64,000 nucleotides of DNA from Chloroflexota bacterium. Lineage in GTDB: Bacteria > Chloroflexota > Limnocylindria > Limnocylindrales > CSP1-4. Where the stretch lies: the NCBI GenBank assembly GCA_031369685.1, contig JANMPD010000099.1, forward strand, positions 3,076 through 67,075, written 5' to 3'. The notes under the pieces are model-generated. The model was not told the DNA's origin. It ran no database searches and saw only the letters and a list, made by a program, of their open reading frames with translations. The translations under genes and the position numbers were made by a program. Below are positions 27,789 through 36,171 of the stretch, piece after piece; within the stretch, counting starts at the first letter, position 1, and each line of letters starts with the position of its first letter.

Positions 27789-28562
27789 TCACTTGGACCG
27801 GGTCCGTATGAATGACAGGGTCTCCTCCCATGCCGCCGCGGACGCGTCGGCATGGTCCGCGGCCTTTCGATCGAAGAACGAGTGCGGCGCATCGGGGTAG
27901 ACCAGCGTCCGATGCTCGAGCCCCGCCGTGTTCATGGCCCGGTCGAAGGCCTCGCGGACGTCCGGACCGATGTTGGGGTCGGCTCCACCATAGACGGCGA
28001 GGACCGGGGCCTCGATCTCGGCGGCCACGTCCGCCGGGGCCGGCGACCCGCTCCCGGACGCGCCCGTCGGCCAGCCATAGAACCCGATGAGCCCATCCAG
28101 GCCGAGGCCGAGCGTGCCGGCAAGGAATGCCAGCCGGCCGCCCATGCAGAAGCCGGTCACGAACAGGTGGGTGGGTGCGGCGTCCTCCGATCGAAGGGTC
28201 CGCACCGCCGCGATGCCGGCCCGGATATCCGCGCTGAGGGTCGCCCACCGCGTCTGTCCGACATGCGGGCCGAAATCGAAGTCGTCGCCGCGGTCGCCGA
28301 GGCCCGCCGTGCGGGCGAAGTAATCGATCGCGACCGCGTCGACCCCGTTCTCGGCGAAGCGGAGGGCCAGCTCCTCGTAGTAGGCATGCAGCCCACGCAC
28401 GTCGGGGAGAATCAGGATGCCCGCGCCCGTCGGATGCGCGGCCCGGGTGGCGAACGCCCCGAACGCCGTCCCGTCGGCCGAGGTGAGGGTCATCGCCGCC
28501 CCATCCACCGCACCACCGGCGATCGGGGTGATCGGCGGCCGGCTGTCGACATCGAAGCACAT
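27789..28562 (-). CDS. Dienelactone hydrolase family protein
   Basis: Alpha/beta hydrolase with nucleophile elbow GFCMGG and the DLH family pattern. Confidence 0.8.
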   Translation of the reverse strand: MCFDVDSRPPITPIAGGAVDGAAMTLTSADGTAFGAFATRAAHPTGAGILILPDVRGLHAYYEELALRFAENGVDAVAIDYFARTAGLGDRGDDFDFGPHVGQTRWATLSADIRAGIAAVRTLRSEDAAPTHLFVTGFCMGGRLAFLAGTLGLGLDGLIGFYGWPTGASGSGSPAPADVAAEIEAPVLAVYGGADPNIGPDVREAFDRAMNTAGLEHRTLVYPDAPHSFFDRKAADHADASAAAWEETLSFIRTRSK

Positions 28563-28582
28563 CTCGTCTGGTCCCCCTGTGG

Positions 28583-29554
28583 TCAGGTGCTTGTCGAGGC
28601 GAGCGGCGCTCGTGCCGTCGTGAATGCCACGATCTCCGAGGTGATCTGCAGCCCAAGACTCGCATAGAGCGCCAACGCCGCGCTGTTCGTAGATGCGGCG
28701 CCAATCAGCGCCCTCGTGGCTCCGAGCTCGCGGGCCGCTCGCAGAACCGCCCGACAGACCTCACCACCAAGGCCCCGACGGTGCCAGTCCGGATGTACCC
28801 CGACCGGCTCGAGCTCGACCGTTTGCGTTGTCGGGTCAAGCCAACCGAGCGCAAAGGCGACGGCCAGGCCCTCCTGGGTCACGATCTGGAGATCCAGATC
28901 AGATCGGTAGAGCCAGGCATCACGGACGTGACGATAGCGGTCCACCGTCATCGTCGAGTCGGGGAATGCGACGCGTCCGCAGGCGACACGCGCCTCGATG
29001 TCGGCGTCCGTCTCGAGACGCCGGAATCGCATCGACGCCGGCAGGGCGGGGGCAGGCCAGTCATCGCCGACCGAGAGATCGCCGGTGAAGTGCACGAAGC
29101 CGGGACGGCGCTCGGGCGTCATGCCAGCCGCCACCATAGCGCCCATCGCCGCCCTGTCCTCGGCGGCGACCCATGCCCGGAGGGGCTCCGTGTCCAGGCC
29201 TCCGATGGCGCTCCGTCGAGAATCGGCCCAGACGAGCATCTCGATCATCAGGTTCCGGGCGGCACCTGGTTTCAGCCCTCCAACCAGGACATCCACCTCG
29301 GCCGGTGGCGTAAACCACGCATACCCGACCAATGTGCCGTCCCCTCCGATCCACAACCGGACCCGCTCGGTCAGGGCCGGCATGCGCTCGTCGGCCAGGA
29401 CGACCCACCAATCGAGGTCGCCCGGATGGAAACGCACCGCCGGCCAATCACCGGCCAGCCGGTCTCCGACCAGTGCCTGCATCCGACGGGTGTCGTCCCT
29501 CGATTGCCACGCGCGAGATAGAAACGGGCGAGATCGATACGGACTGACGACCAT
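28583..29554 (-). CDS. GNAT family N-acetyltransferase (two-domain)
   Basis: C-terminal acetyl-CoA site RRGLGGEVCRAVLRAARELGA. Start set at the internal Met. The ORF extends to 29614. Confidence 0.6.
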   Translation of the reverse strand: MVVSPYRSRPFLSRAWQSRDDTRRMQALVGDRLAGDWPAVRFHPGDLDWWVVLADERMPALTERVRLWIGGDGTLVGYAWFTPPAEVDVLVGGLKPGAARNLMIEMLVWADSRRSAIGGLDTEPLRAWVAAEDRAAMGAMVAAGMTPERRPGFVHFTGDLSVGDDWPAPALPASMRFRRLETDADIEARVACGRVAFPDSTMTVDRYRHVRDAWLYRSDLDLQIVTQEGLAVAFALGWLDPTTQTVELEPVGVHPDWHRRGLGGEVCRAVLRAARELGATRALIGAASTNSAALALYASLGLQITSEIVAFTTARAPLASTST

Positions 29555-29766
29555 CCGTTCATTGTGACGCGATGGGCTTCGGCATGGCCGCATGGCCGCA
29601 GGGCCGAGCCGCATGCCGAGCCACGGCCGGGCGGCTCCGCAGGGTCACCTCGTGGAGCCGGCCATGATCCATGGCACCAGGACCGCACCCCCGGCACTGT
29701 CGGACGACGGCTCTGATGGCGGTTGTCGCTAACTTCGTACGTCCGGCGTATGAAACGAGGACGGCC

Positions 29767-29781
29767 TTACGTGGGGCGTAA
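29767..29781. promoter_or_regulatory. Palindromic operator-like site TTACGTGGGGCGTAA (copy 1)
   Basis: Inverted repeat TTACG-N5-CGTAA in the divergent GNAT/aspartokinase intergenic region. A second copy lies at 29942-29956. Confidence 0.3.
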
Positions 29782-29941
29782 GAACCCGACGCGATGGACC
29801 CTCTTCGGGGCCCAAAGCCCTGGTCCAGCACGACCTGACCCCGAAAATCAGCCTGATCGAGTCAATCAAGGCACGTTTCATCCCTGCGATGTATGAAATC
29901 CGACGCCGCGGCCTCGCGAGAGGGGTCAGGGCGTCGGTTTC

Positions 29942-29956
29942 TTACGTGGGGCGTAT
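29942..29956. promoter_or_regulatory. Palindromic operator-like site TTACGTGGGGCGTAt (copy 2)
   Basis: Near-identical copy 175 nt downstream of copy 1. Both copies lie next to a gtatgaaa start-like motif. Confidence 0.3.
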
Positions 29957-29959
29957 GAC

Positions 29960-30020
29960 GCGCCGACCGGCTGACGCGCCGACCGGCTGGGCGCCGACGG
30001 GCTGGGCGCCGACCGGCTGG
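29960..30020. repeat. Tandem 15-nt direct repeat (gcgccgaccggctgg, 4 copies), immediately 5' of the aspartokinase start
   Basis: Seen directly in the sequence. One unit reads gacggg instead of gaccgg. Confidence 0.7.
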
Positions 30021-30045
30021 GATCGTCGGGTAGAATGCGCGACCG

Positions 30046-31320
30046 ATGCACCGCCCACTCGTCGTTCAGAAATTCGGCGGCTCCTCCGTCGCGGACGCGG
30101 ATCGAATCCGTCGCGTCGCGCGCCGGATCGCCCGTGAGCGCGCTGCGGGCAGCGACCTCGTGGTCGTGGTATCGGCGATGGGCGACACGACCGATGAGCT
30201 GATGGCCCTCGCCACGGCCATCACCGACGAACCGGATCCCCGCGAGCTGGACATGCTCCTCGCCACCGGCGAGCACCAGAGCGCGACCCTGGTCTCGATG
30301 GCACTCCACGCGCTCGGGGTCCAGGCCATATCGCTGACAGGGCCGCAGGCTGGGATCACCACGGATGGCCGTTACGGGCGCGCCCGGATCGCGAATGTCG
30401 ACCCGGTCCGGATCCGCGAGGAGCTGGAGCGCGGCAACGTCGTCATCATCGCCGGTTTCCAGGGCCAGAGCGCGGAGGCTGTGGGCCGATCCGAGATGAC
30501 CACGCTTGGTCGTGGTGGTTCGGATACCACGGCTGTGGCGCTGGCTGCGGCGCTCGGTGCCCGGCGATGCCAGATTTACACCGACGTCCGCGGGATCTAC
30601 ACGGCGGATCCGCGAATCGTTCGAGATGCCCGGCAGTTGTCGGTCATCGGGTACGAGGAGATGCTCGAGCTGGCGCACCAGGGTGCGCAGGTGATGCAGG
30701 TCCGGGCCGTCGAGCTCGGATGGGTCAACGACGTCGTCATTGAGGTACTCAGCTCGTTCGAGGACGCGCCGGGCACGCTGATCAAGGAGGATCTCCTCGT
30801 GGAGCAACGCAACAAGGTTCGCGGCCTGGCGCATGACCGCAACGTCGCAAAAGTGACCGTCGTCGCCGTACCGGACCGTCCGGGCGTGGCGCGATCCCTG
30901 TTCGATCCACTGGCCGAAGCCGGGATCAACGTGGACATGATCGTCCAGAATGTCGGGCATGGCGGTGCCACCGACCTCTCGTTCACGGTTCCCCGCGTCG
31001 AGCTCGCCAAGGCCAAGAAGGTGCTCGAGCCGATCGTCCGGGATCTCGGTGCGCGCGAGTTGACCACCGATGCATCGGTCGCGAAGGTTTCGATCGTCGG
31101 GGCCGGATTGCACAACGCACCGGGCTACGCCGCTCGGATGTTCGGAGCGCTTGCCGATGCGGGCGTGAACATCGAGATGATCTCGACATCCGAAGTCCGG
31201 ATCACCTGCATGATTGCCGAGGCCGAACTGCCACAGGCCCTCGATGCGCTGCACCGTGCGTTCGAACTGGCACGACCCGACCCGATCGACGAAGCCGCAA
31301 CCGGCCGGGCGGCCGGCTGA
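30046..31320 (+). CDS. lysC: Aspartate kinase
   Basis: VVQKFGGSSV start. Amino-acid-kinase fold with two C-terminal ACT domains. Confidence 0.9.
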   Translation: MHRPLVVQKFGGSSVADADRIRRVARRIARERAAGSDLVVVVSAMGDTTDELMALATAITDEPDPRELDMLLATGEHQSATLVSMALHALGVQAISLTGPQAGITTDGRYGRARIANVDPVRIREELERGNVVIIAGFQGQSAEAVGRSEMTTLGRGGSDTTAVALAAALGARRCQIYTDVRGIYTADPRIVRDARQLSVIGYEEMLELAHQGAQVMQVRAVELGWVNDVVIEVLSSFEDAPGTLIKEDLLVEQRNKVRGLAHDRNVAKVTVVAVPDRPGVARSLFDPLAEAGINVDMIVQNVGHGGATDLSFTVPRVELAKAKKVLEPIVRDLGARELTTDASVAKVSIVGAGLHNAPGYAARMFGALADAGVNIEMISTSEVRITCMIAEAELPQALDALHRAFELARPDPIDEAATGRAAG

Positions 31321-31325
31321 GCGGG

Positions 31326-32216
31326 ATGACGACCTCGGACATCCTCGCCGCCTATGCCCGCGTCGAGCGGTTCGAAGCCGTCGGCTCGACCAATGACATC
31401 GTCCGAGCCTGGCTGGCCGAGGGCACGCCCGAGGTCTGCGTCGCCGTCGCCGACGAGCAACTCGCCGGGCGAGGGCGCAGTGGCCGGATTTGGGCCGCGC
31501 CGAAAGGTGCAGCGCTGCTCTGCTCGGTCGGCTTCCGGCCCGCCTGGCTCACCGCGGCACAGGCCTGGCGGCTCGCCGCGATCGTGGCCCTCGCGATGGC
31601 CGACGCGGCCGAGGACGTGGCCGGGCTCAGCGAGGGCACCATCCGGTTCAAGTGGCCCAACGACCTGATCGTCGTCGATGGGGGCCCGGATGCGCTCCTG
31701 ATCGGGGACATCAGCGCAGCGGATGCGCTGCAACGGCGCTCGGCACCGATCACCCTCCGGAAGCTGGCCGGGATCCTCGGCGAAACGGATGGCCTGGGCA
31801 CGGCCGATCCGCGGATGGTCGTGGGCATCGGGATCAACGCCGATTGGCCCGCGGTCGACTTTCCACCGGACCTGGCGTTGTCCATGACGTCGCTCCGGGA
31901 GGTCTCGGGGGGCCGGCCGATCGACCGGAACGCCCTGCTCGACGGGTTCCTCGGGCGGCTGGAGACGCGGCTGGCGGCCCTCCGTGGCGGGCGATTCGAT
32001 GTCGCCGGCTGGATGGATCGCCAGGTCACGACCGGTCATGTCGTGACGCTTGCGGGCCTTGACGGGTCGACGATCGCGGTGCGGGCACTCGGGGTGGACG
32101 GGGCCAGCGGCGCCCTTGTCATCGAGGCGATCGATGCCCTTGGCCATGCATCGGAACGGCACGTGTTCGCGGGCGAGATCGTGCACCTCCGAATGGCCGT
32201 AGCGGACTCGGTGTAA
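31326..32216 (+). CDS. birA: Biotin--[acetyl-CoA-carboxylase] ligase (group I, no N-terminal HTH)
   Basis: GRGRSGRIW motif. KWPNDL motif. Confidence 0.85.
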   Translation: MTTSDILAAYARVERFEAVGSTNDIVRAWLAEGTPEVCVAVADEQLAGRGRSGRIWAAPKGAALLCSVGFRPAWLTAAQAWRLAAIVALAMADAAEDVAGLSEGTIRFKWPNDLIVVDGGPDALLIGDISAADALQRRSAPITLRKLAGILGETDGLGTADPRMVVGIGINADWPAVDFPPDLALSMTSLREVSGGRPIDRNALLDGFLGRLETRLAALRGGRFDVAGWMDRQVTTGHVVTLAGLDGSTIAVRALGVDGASGALVIEAIDALGHASERHVFAGEIVHLRMAVADSV

Positions 32217-32220
32217 CGGG

Positions 32221-32880
32221 ATGGCCCGTCCGGTGTTCAAGAGTACGGGAGCGGCACCATCGGCCGCACCCCGGATCGTTCATTTGGATCTCGACCGTCC
32301 GCTCGTTGAAGCGGCCCTTCGGGACCCGGCCCGATTCGAAGCCCTCTATCGGCGGTATGTGGCCCAGGTGTACAGCTTCGCCTACTACGAACTCGGGAAT
32401 CATCACGTGGCAGAGGACGCGACGGCGCGGACCTTCCTGTCGGCACTCGCGAACCTGCCGAAATTCGATGAGCGCGCGCGCCCCGAGGACGGTGAGGGCG
32501 CCTCAACCTTCAAGGTCTGGTTGTTCCAGATCGCTCGTAACGATATTGCCAACGAGCGGAGAAGGGCTCGCCGCAATCCGGTCACGGTCCTCCAGGAGCC
32601 CGTGGCCGCGATGATCGCGGATCCCCTCAACGTCGAGGAAGACGCCGTCCTTCGGGACGAGGCGTCCGTAGCGTGGAAGGCCGTGGGACGACTGCCGAGC
32701 GATCGTCGCCGAGCGCTGGTCCTGCGTTTCGTCAACGAGCTCAGCACGGCCGAGATCGCCGGGGTCATGGGTCGTTCTGAAGGCGCGATTCGGGTCCTCC
32801 TGCACCGTGGCCTGCGCGCCGTGGCTCGCGACCTTGGTGAGCGAGCCGGCCACGGGCCGGACGCGCCGCGCCGAACGTGA
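32221..32880 (+). CDS. RNA polymerase sigma-70 factor, ECF subfamily
   Basis: Region 2 (FEALYRRYVAQVYSFAYYELGNHHVAEDATARTF) and region 4 HTH (LSTAEIAGVMGRSEGAIRVLLHRGLRAV). Confidence 0.8.
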   Translation: MARPVFKSTGAAPSAAPRIVHLDLDRPLVEAALRDPARFEALYRRYVAQVYSFAYYELGNHHVAEDATARTFLSALANLPKFDERARPEDGEGASTFKVWLFQIARNDIANERRRARRNPVTVLQEPVAAMIADPLNVEEDAVLRDEASVAWKAVGRLPSDRRRALVLRFVNELSTAEIAGVMGRSEGAIRVLLHRGLRAVARDLGERAGHGPDAPRRT

Positions 32881-33497
32881 TGCTCCACGGTCGCGAAGTG
32901 CTCGAAGTCGAGGCGCTGGTTACCGATCGGTATCTCGATTCACTGCTCACCGAAGCGGACCTGGCCGTTTGCGATCCGGGCGCGGCGGAGGGCGGAGCAC
33001 GCCGCTGGCCCCGGTTTTTGACCGGGCTCCTGGGTGGGTCCGGATCGAACGATCCCGCGCGCCTGGACAGCAGCGTCCGGCTGGCCTCGGAACGCCTTGC
33101 GAGGGACCTGCCGCGATTCCACCCCTCATTCCGGTTCGAGGAGCGCCTTGCGGTCCGGCTGGCCGAGGCGGCAGCGGCGATGCACCTGCCACTCGCGGCG
33201 AGCGGCGAATCTTCGGCCCGCATGGTCGCACTGCCCACGCCACTGCCGGGGGTCGGCGGTGATCCGGTGGCCACGCAGGATCCTCGCACCCGCCGGACCC
33301 GATGGACGGCGGCGTCGGATCCGCGGCCGTTGCTGGTCGGCGGCGCGGTAGCGGCCTCGGCTCTGAGCCTGGCCGGGGCAGCGTGGGTCGCGTGGCGTCG
33401 GGGCAGGGTCCATGGATCGCCCATGGCCAGGGCCGCACGCGCCGCCCACGGAATACGGGCGCGATCGACCCACGCGATGCGCGGCCGGCCGGCGTAG
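32877..33497 (+). CDS. Putative anti-sigma factor (single TM)
   Basis: ATGA overlap with the sigma gene. One TM helix (LLVGGAVAASALSLAGAAWVAW). No conserved domain recognised. Confidence 0.4.
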   Translation: MMLHGREVLEVEALVTDRYLDSLLTEADLAVCDPGAAEGGARRWPRFLTGLLGGSGSNDPARLDSSVRLASERLARDLPRFHPSFRFEERLAVRLAEAAAAMHLPLAASGESSARMVALPTPLPGVGGDPVATQDPRTRRTRWTAASDPRPLLVGGAVAASALSLAGAAWVAWRRGRVHGSPMARAARAAHGIRARSTHAMRGRPA

Positions 33498-33505
33498 GCG
33501 CCCAG

Positions 33506-34522
33506 ATGCCGATCAAGCTGCCCTCATTCCGCCCCCGCAAGGACGCCTATCCGGCCGACCTCTGGACCAAGTGCCCGTCCTGCTCGGAGATGCTCTTCAA
33601 CAAGCAGCTCGACAAGACCGATCGCGTCTGTCCAACCTGCGGCCATCACTTCCGACTGTCGGCCGCGGCCCGCATCTCGCTCCTTGTGGACGACCGCAGC
33701 TGGATAGAGCTCGACGCGGGGCTCCAGAGCCTCGATGCCCTCGGGTTCGTCGACCAGAAGCCGTATCCCGATCGGCTTGCGGCGGCGCAGATGGCCACCG
33801 GTATGCGTGACGCGGCGGTCCGCGGAACCGCGACGATTGACGGGCACCGCGTCTCGTTGTGCGTGATGGACTTTGCGTTCATGGGCGGATCCATGGGCGC
33901 CGTCGTGGGCGAGAAGGTGACCCGAGCCGCCGAACAGGCGCTGATCGAGCGCCTGCCTCTCATCATCGTCTCGGCATCAGGTGGCGCCCGGATGCAGGAG
34001 GGCACGCTCGCCCTGATGCAGCTCGCGAAGACGTGTGCGGCGCTCGAACGCCTGCGGGCGGCGGGCGTTCCTTACATCTCGATCATGAGCGACCCGACGA
34101 CCGGTGGCGTGTTCGCCTCTTATGCGGTCCTCGGTGACATCAATATCGCGGAGCCGAACGCCCTGATCGGATTCGCCGGGGCGCGGGTGGCCGCGGGAAC
34201 CATCGCCCAGGAACTGCCGCCGGGTTTCCAGCGCTCCGAGTTCCTGTTCGAGCACGGATTCGTCGACCGCGTGGTCGCCCGGCGCGAACTCCGCGGCGAG
34301 ATCGCGGATCTCCTGCGCTACCTGGTTCCCGGGGAGCAGCGCCCGGTCCCAGACGGCGGGAGGTCCCTGTTCGACCCGATCGGTTTCCTGACCTCGCTGG
34401 CCGATCGTGTCATTCCGGACCTGCCAACGCCTGATGAACCATCGACGCGACCGGTCGAGGTCGCCGCCGACGAAGCCGTGCCCGCCGCGCGCGCCGCCGA
34501 CCGGGAGCAGACCCGTGGTTGA
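33506..34522 (+). CDS. accD: Acetyl-CoA carboxylase carboxyltransferase subunit beta
   Basis: N-terminal zinc ribbon CPSCSEMLFNKQLDKTDRVCPTCGHHF. Carboxyltransferase domain (MGGSMGAVVGEK). Confidence 0.9.
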   Translation: MPIKLPSFRPRKDAYPADLWTKCPSCSEMLFNKQLDKTDRVCPTCGHHFRLSAAARISLLVDDRSWIELDAGLQSLDALGFVDQKPYPDRLAAAQMATGMRDAAVRGTATIDGHRVSLCVMDFAFMGGSMGAVVGEKVTRAAEQALIERLPLIIVSASGGARMQEGTLALMQLAKTCAALERLRAAGVPYISIMSDPTTGGVFASYAVLGDINIAEPNALIGFAGARVAAGTIAQELPPGFQRSEFLFEHGFVDRVVARRELRGEIADLLRYLVPGEQRPVPDGGRSLFDPIGFLTSLADRVIPDLPTPDEPSTRPVEVAADEAVPAARAADREQTRG

Positions 34523-35516
34523 TCGCCTGCTCGGGCGACGGCCGACAGCCGGCCCCGGGGCGCCCGAGGACGCCAAGGCCGAAATGTGGAATCGCGTCCA
34601 GCTGGCCCGGAACCTGCGCCGCCCGAGGACGCTCGACCTCCTCGCGGAGATGGCCGACGAGATCGTCGAAATCCATGGCGATCGAGCCTTCGGGGATGAC
34701 GCCGCGATGGCCTGCGGGTTCGCCCGGATCGACGGTCACCGAATCGTGTTCATCGGCCAGCAGAAGGGTGCCGATACCGAGGAGAACGTCCGGCGCAACT
34801 TCGGGATGCCGCATCCGGAGGGCTATCGCAAGGCGATGCGGGCGATGGATCTTGCGGAGCGGTTCGGGCTGCCCGTCGTCACCTTCGTCGACGTGCCCGG
34901 TGCGCACCCGGGCCCCGAATCGGAAGAGCGGGGCATTGCCGAGGCGATCGCCCGGTCGATCGGGCTGATGACCCGGCTGCGGACCCCGATCGTATCGATC
35001 ATCACCGGCGAAGGGGGGTCCGGCGGAGCCATCGCGATTGCCGTGGGCGACGTCGTGATTGCGCTCGAGAACGCGGTCTACGCGGTGATCAGTCCGGAGG
35101 GCTGTGCTGCCATCCTGTGGCGGTCGTCGGACGAGGCGGCCACGGCTGCCCTGGCAATGCGCATGTCGGCCGACGATCAGCATGCGCTGGGGGTGGTGGA
35201 CCAGGTGGTCTCCGAGCCCGGCGAGGGTGCGCATGCCGACCATGCCGAGACGGCCCGACGCCTCCGGGCGGTGATCGTGACGGAGCTGGATCGTCTCGAG
35301 CGGATCCCGTCGGATGAACTCGTCGCTGCTCGGTATGAGCGCTATCGTGCCTTCGGCGCCTACACTGAGACGGCCGCGCCACCCATGACGCCGACGCCCA
35401 ATCGCGGGCTTGCCGACCGGTTGCGCGACCTGCTGGATCCGACTCGCTGGTTGACCGGCACAACGACCACCGGACCGTCGCGCCGCGACGAACCGCCCGC
35501 CCAAGAGGAGGCCTGA
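34514..35516 (+). CDS. accA: Acetyl-CoA carboxylase carboxyltransferase subunit alpha
   Basis: RPRTLDLL, FGMPHPEGYRKA and GEGGSGGAIA motifs. GTG start overlapping the accD stop. Alternative start at ATG 34584. Confidence 0.85.
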
Positions 35517-35518
35517 GC

Positions 35519-36169
35519 GTGCCCCAGGACCGCGATACCGGCCCGGACGCCGCGCGCGCCGCGGCTCATGCTGGCATTGAACGCCTCATGGACACACTCC
35601 TGCCTTCGCTGATCGCCAAGTTGGCCACGCTCAATGTCGGCGAACTCGAGGTCCGTGAAGGGGATTGGCAGGTTCGGCTCCGTCACCCGATGGCCGCCGG
35701 CCAGGACTTTGGACGCAGGGCCACCGATCGATCAGGGCAGCGGGCACACGCCGGGCACGAGGCGGTCGGGGCTCCCGCGCCGGCCCGAGCTCTCGCCTCC
35801 GGGGTCGTAGCCGGCGCAACGACGGCAGCCTCGAACGGCACTCTGCCGGCCCTCTCGCCGGTTGGGCCGGGGCGCACGGCGGACGGTCCGCCGGCTCGCG
35901 ATCCTGGTCCGGGAGTACCGGTGCCTCGCGGTCCGATCGCGACTTCGCCCGCGGTCGGCATCTTCCAACCAGGCTCGGCGGCGGTCGCCGGTGCGCGGGT
36001 CAAGGCCGGTGAGCGGCTCGGCGCGGTCGACATGCTCGGGATCCCGCAGGACGTGGTCGCGCCCGCCGACGGCATCGTGGCCTCGATCCTCGTCGAGGGC
36101 GGCACGGCCGTCGAATACGGACAGGAGCTGGTCGGTATCGAGGCGACCGCCGGGTCCGAGGCGCGCTGA
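35519..36169 (+). CDS. Biotin-carboxyl-carrier-like protein lacking the biotinyl-lysine (BCCP paralog)
   Basis: N-terminal BCCP-like domain (LIAKLATLNVGELEVREGDWQVRLRHP). C-terminal biotinyl/lipoyl-type barrel (GAVDMLGIPQDVVAPADGIVASILVEGGTAVEYGQELVGIE). The AMK position reads MLG and no Lys lies in the hairpin. GTG start 2 nt after the accA stop; accC starts 2 nt after its stop. Confidence 0.6.
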   Translation: MPQDRDTGPDAARAAAHAGIERLMDTLLPSLIAKLATLNVGELEVREGDWQVRLRHPMAAGQDFGRRATDRSGQRAHAGHEAVGAPAPARALASGVVAGATTAASNGTLPALSPVGPGRTADGPPARDPGPGVPVPRGPIATSPAVGIFQPGSAAVAGARVKAGERLGAVDMLGIPQDVVAPADGIVASILVEGGTAVEYGQELVGIEATAGSEAR

Positions 36170-36171
36170 TC

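Noticed and set aside
26456-27892. 478-aa minus-strand ORF
   Set aside because: It is antisense to thrB and its downstream region, with no domain signal.
29889-30137. ORF encoding an APTGW pentapeptide repeat
   Set aside because: It results from in-frame reading of the 15-nt DNA tandem repeat and overlaps the well-supported lysC start, so it is treated as a DNA-level repeat in the leader.
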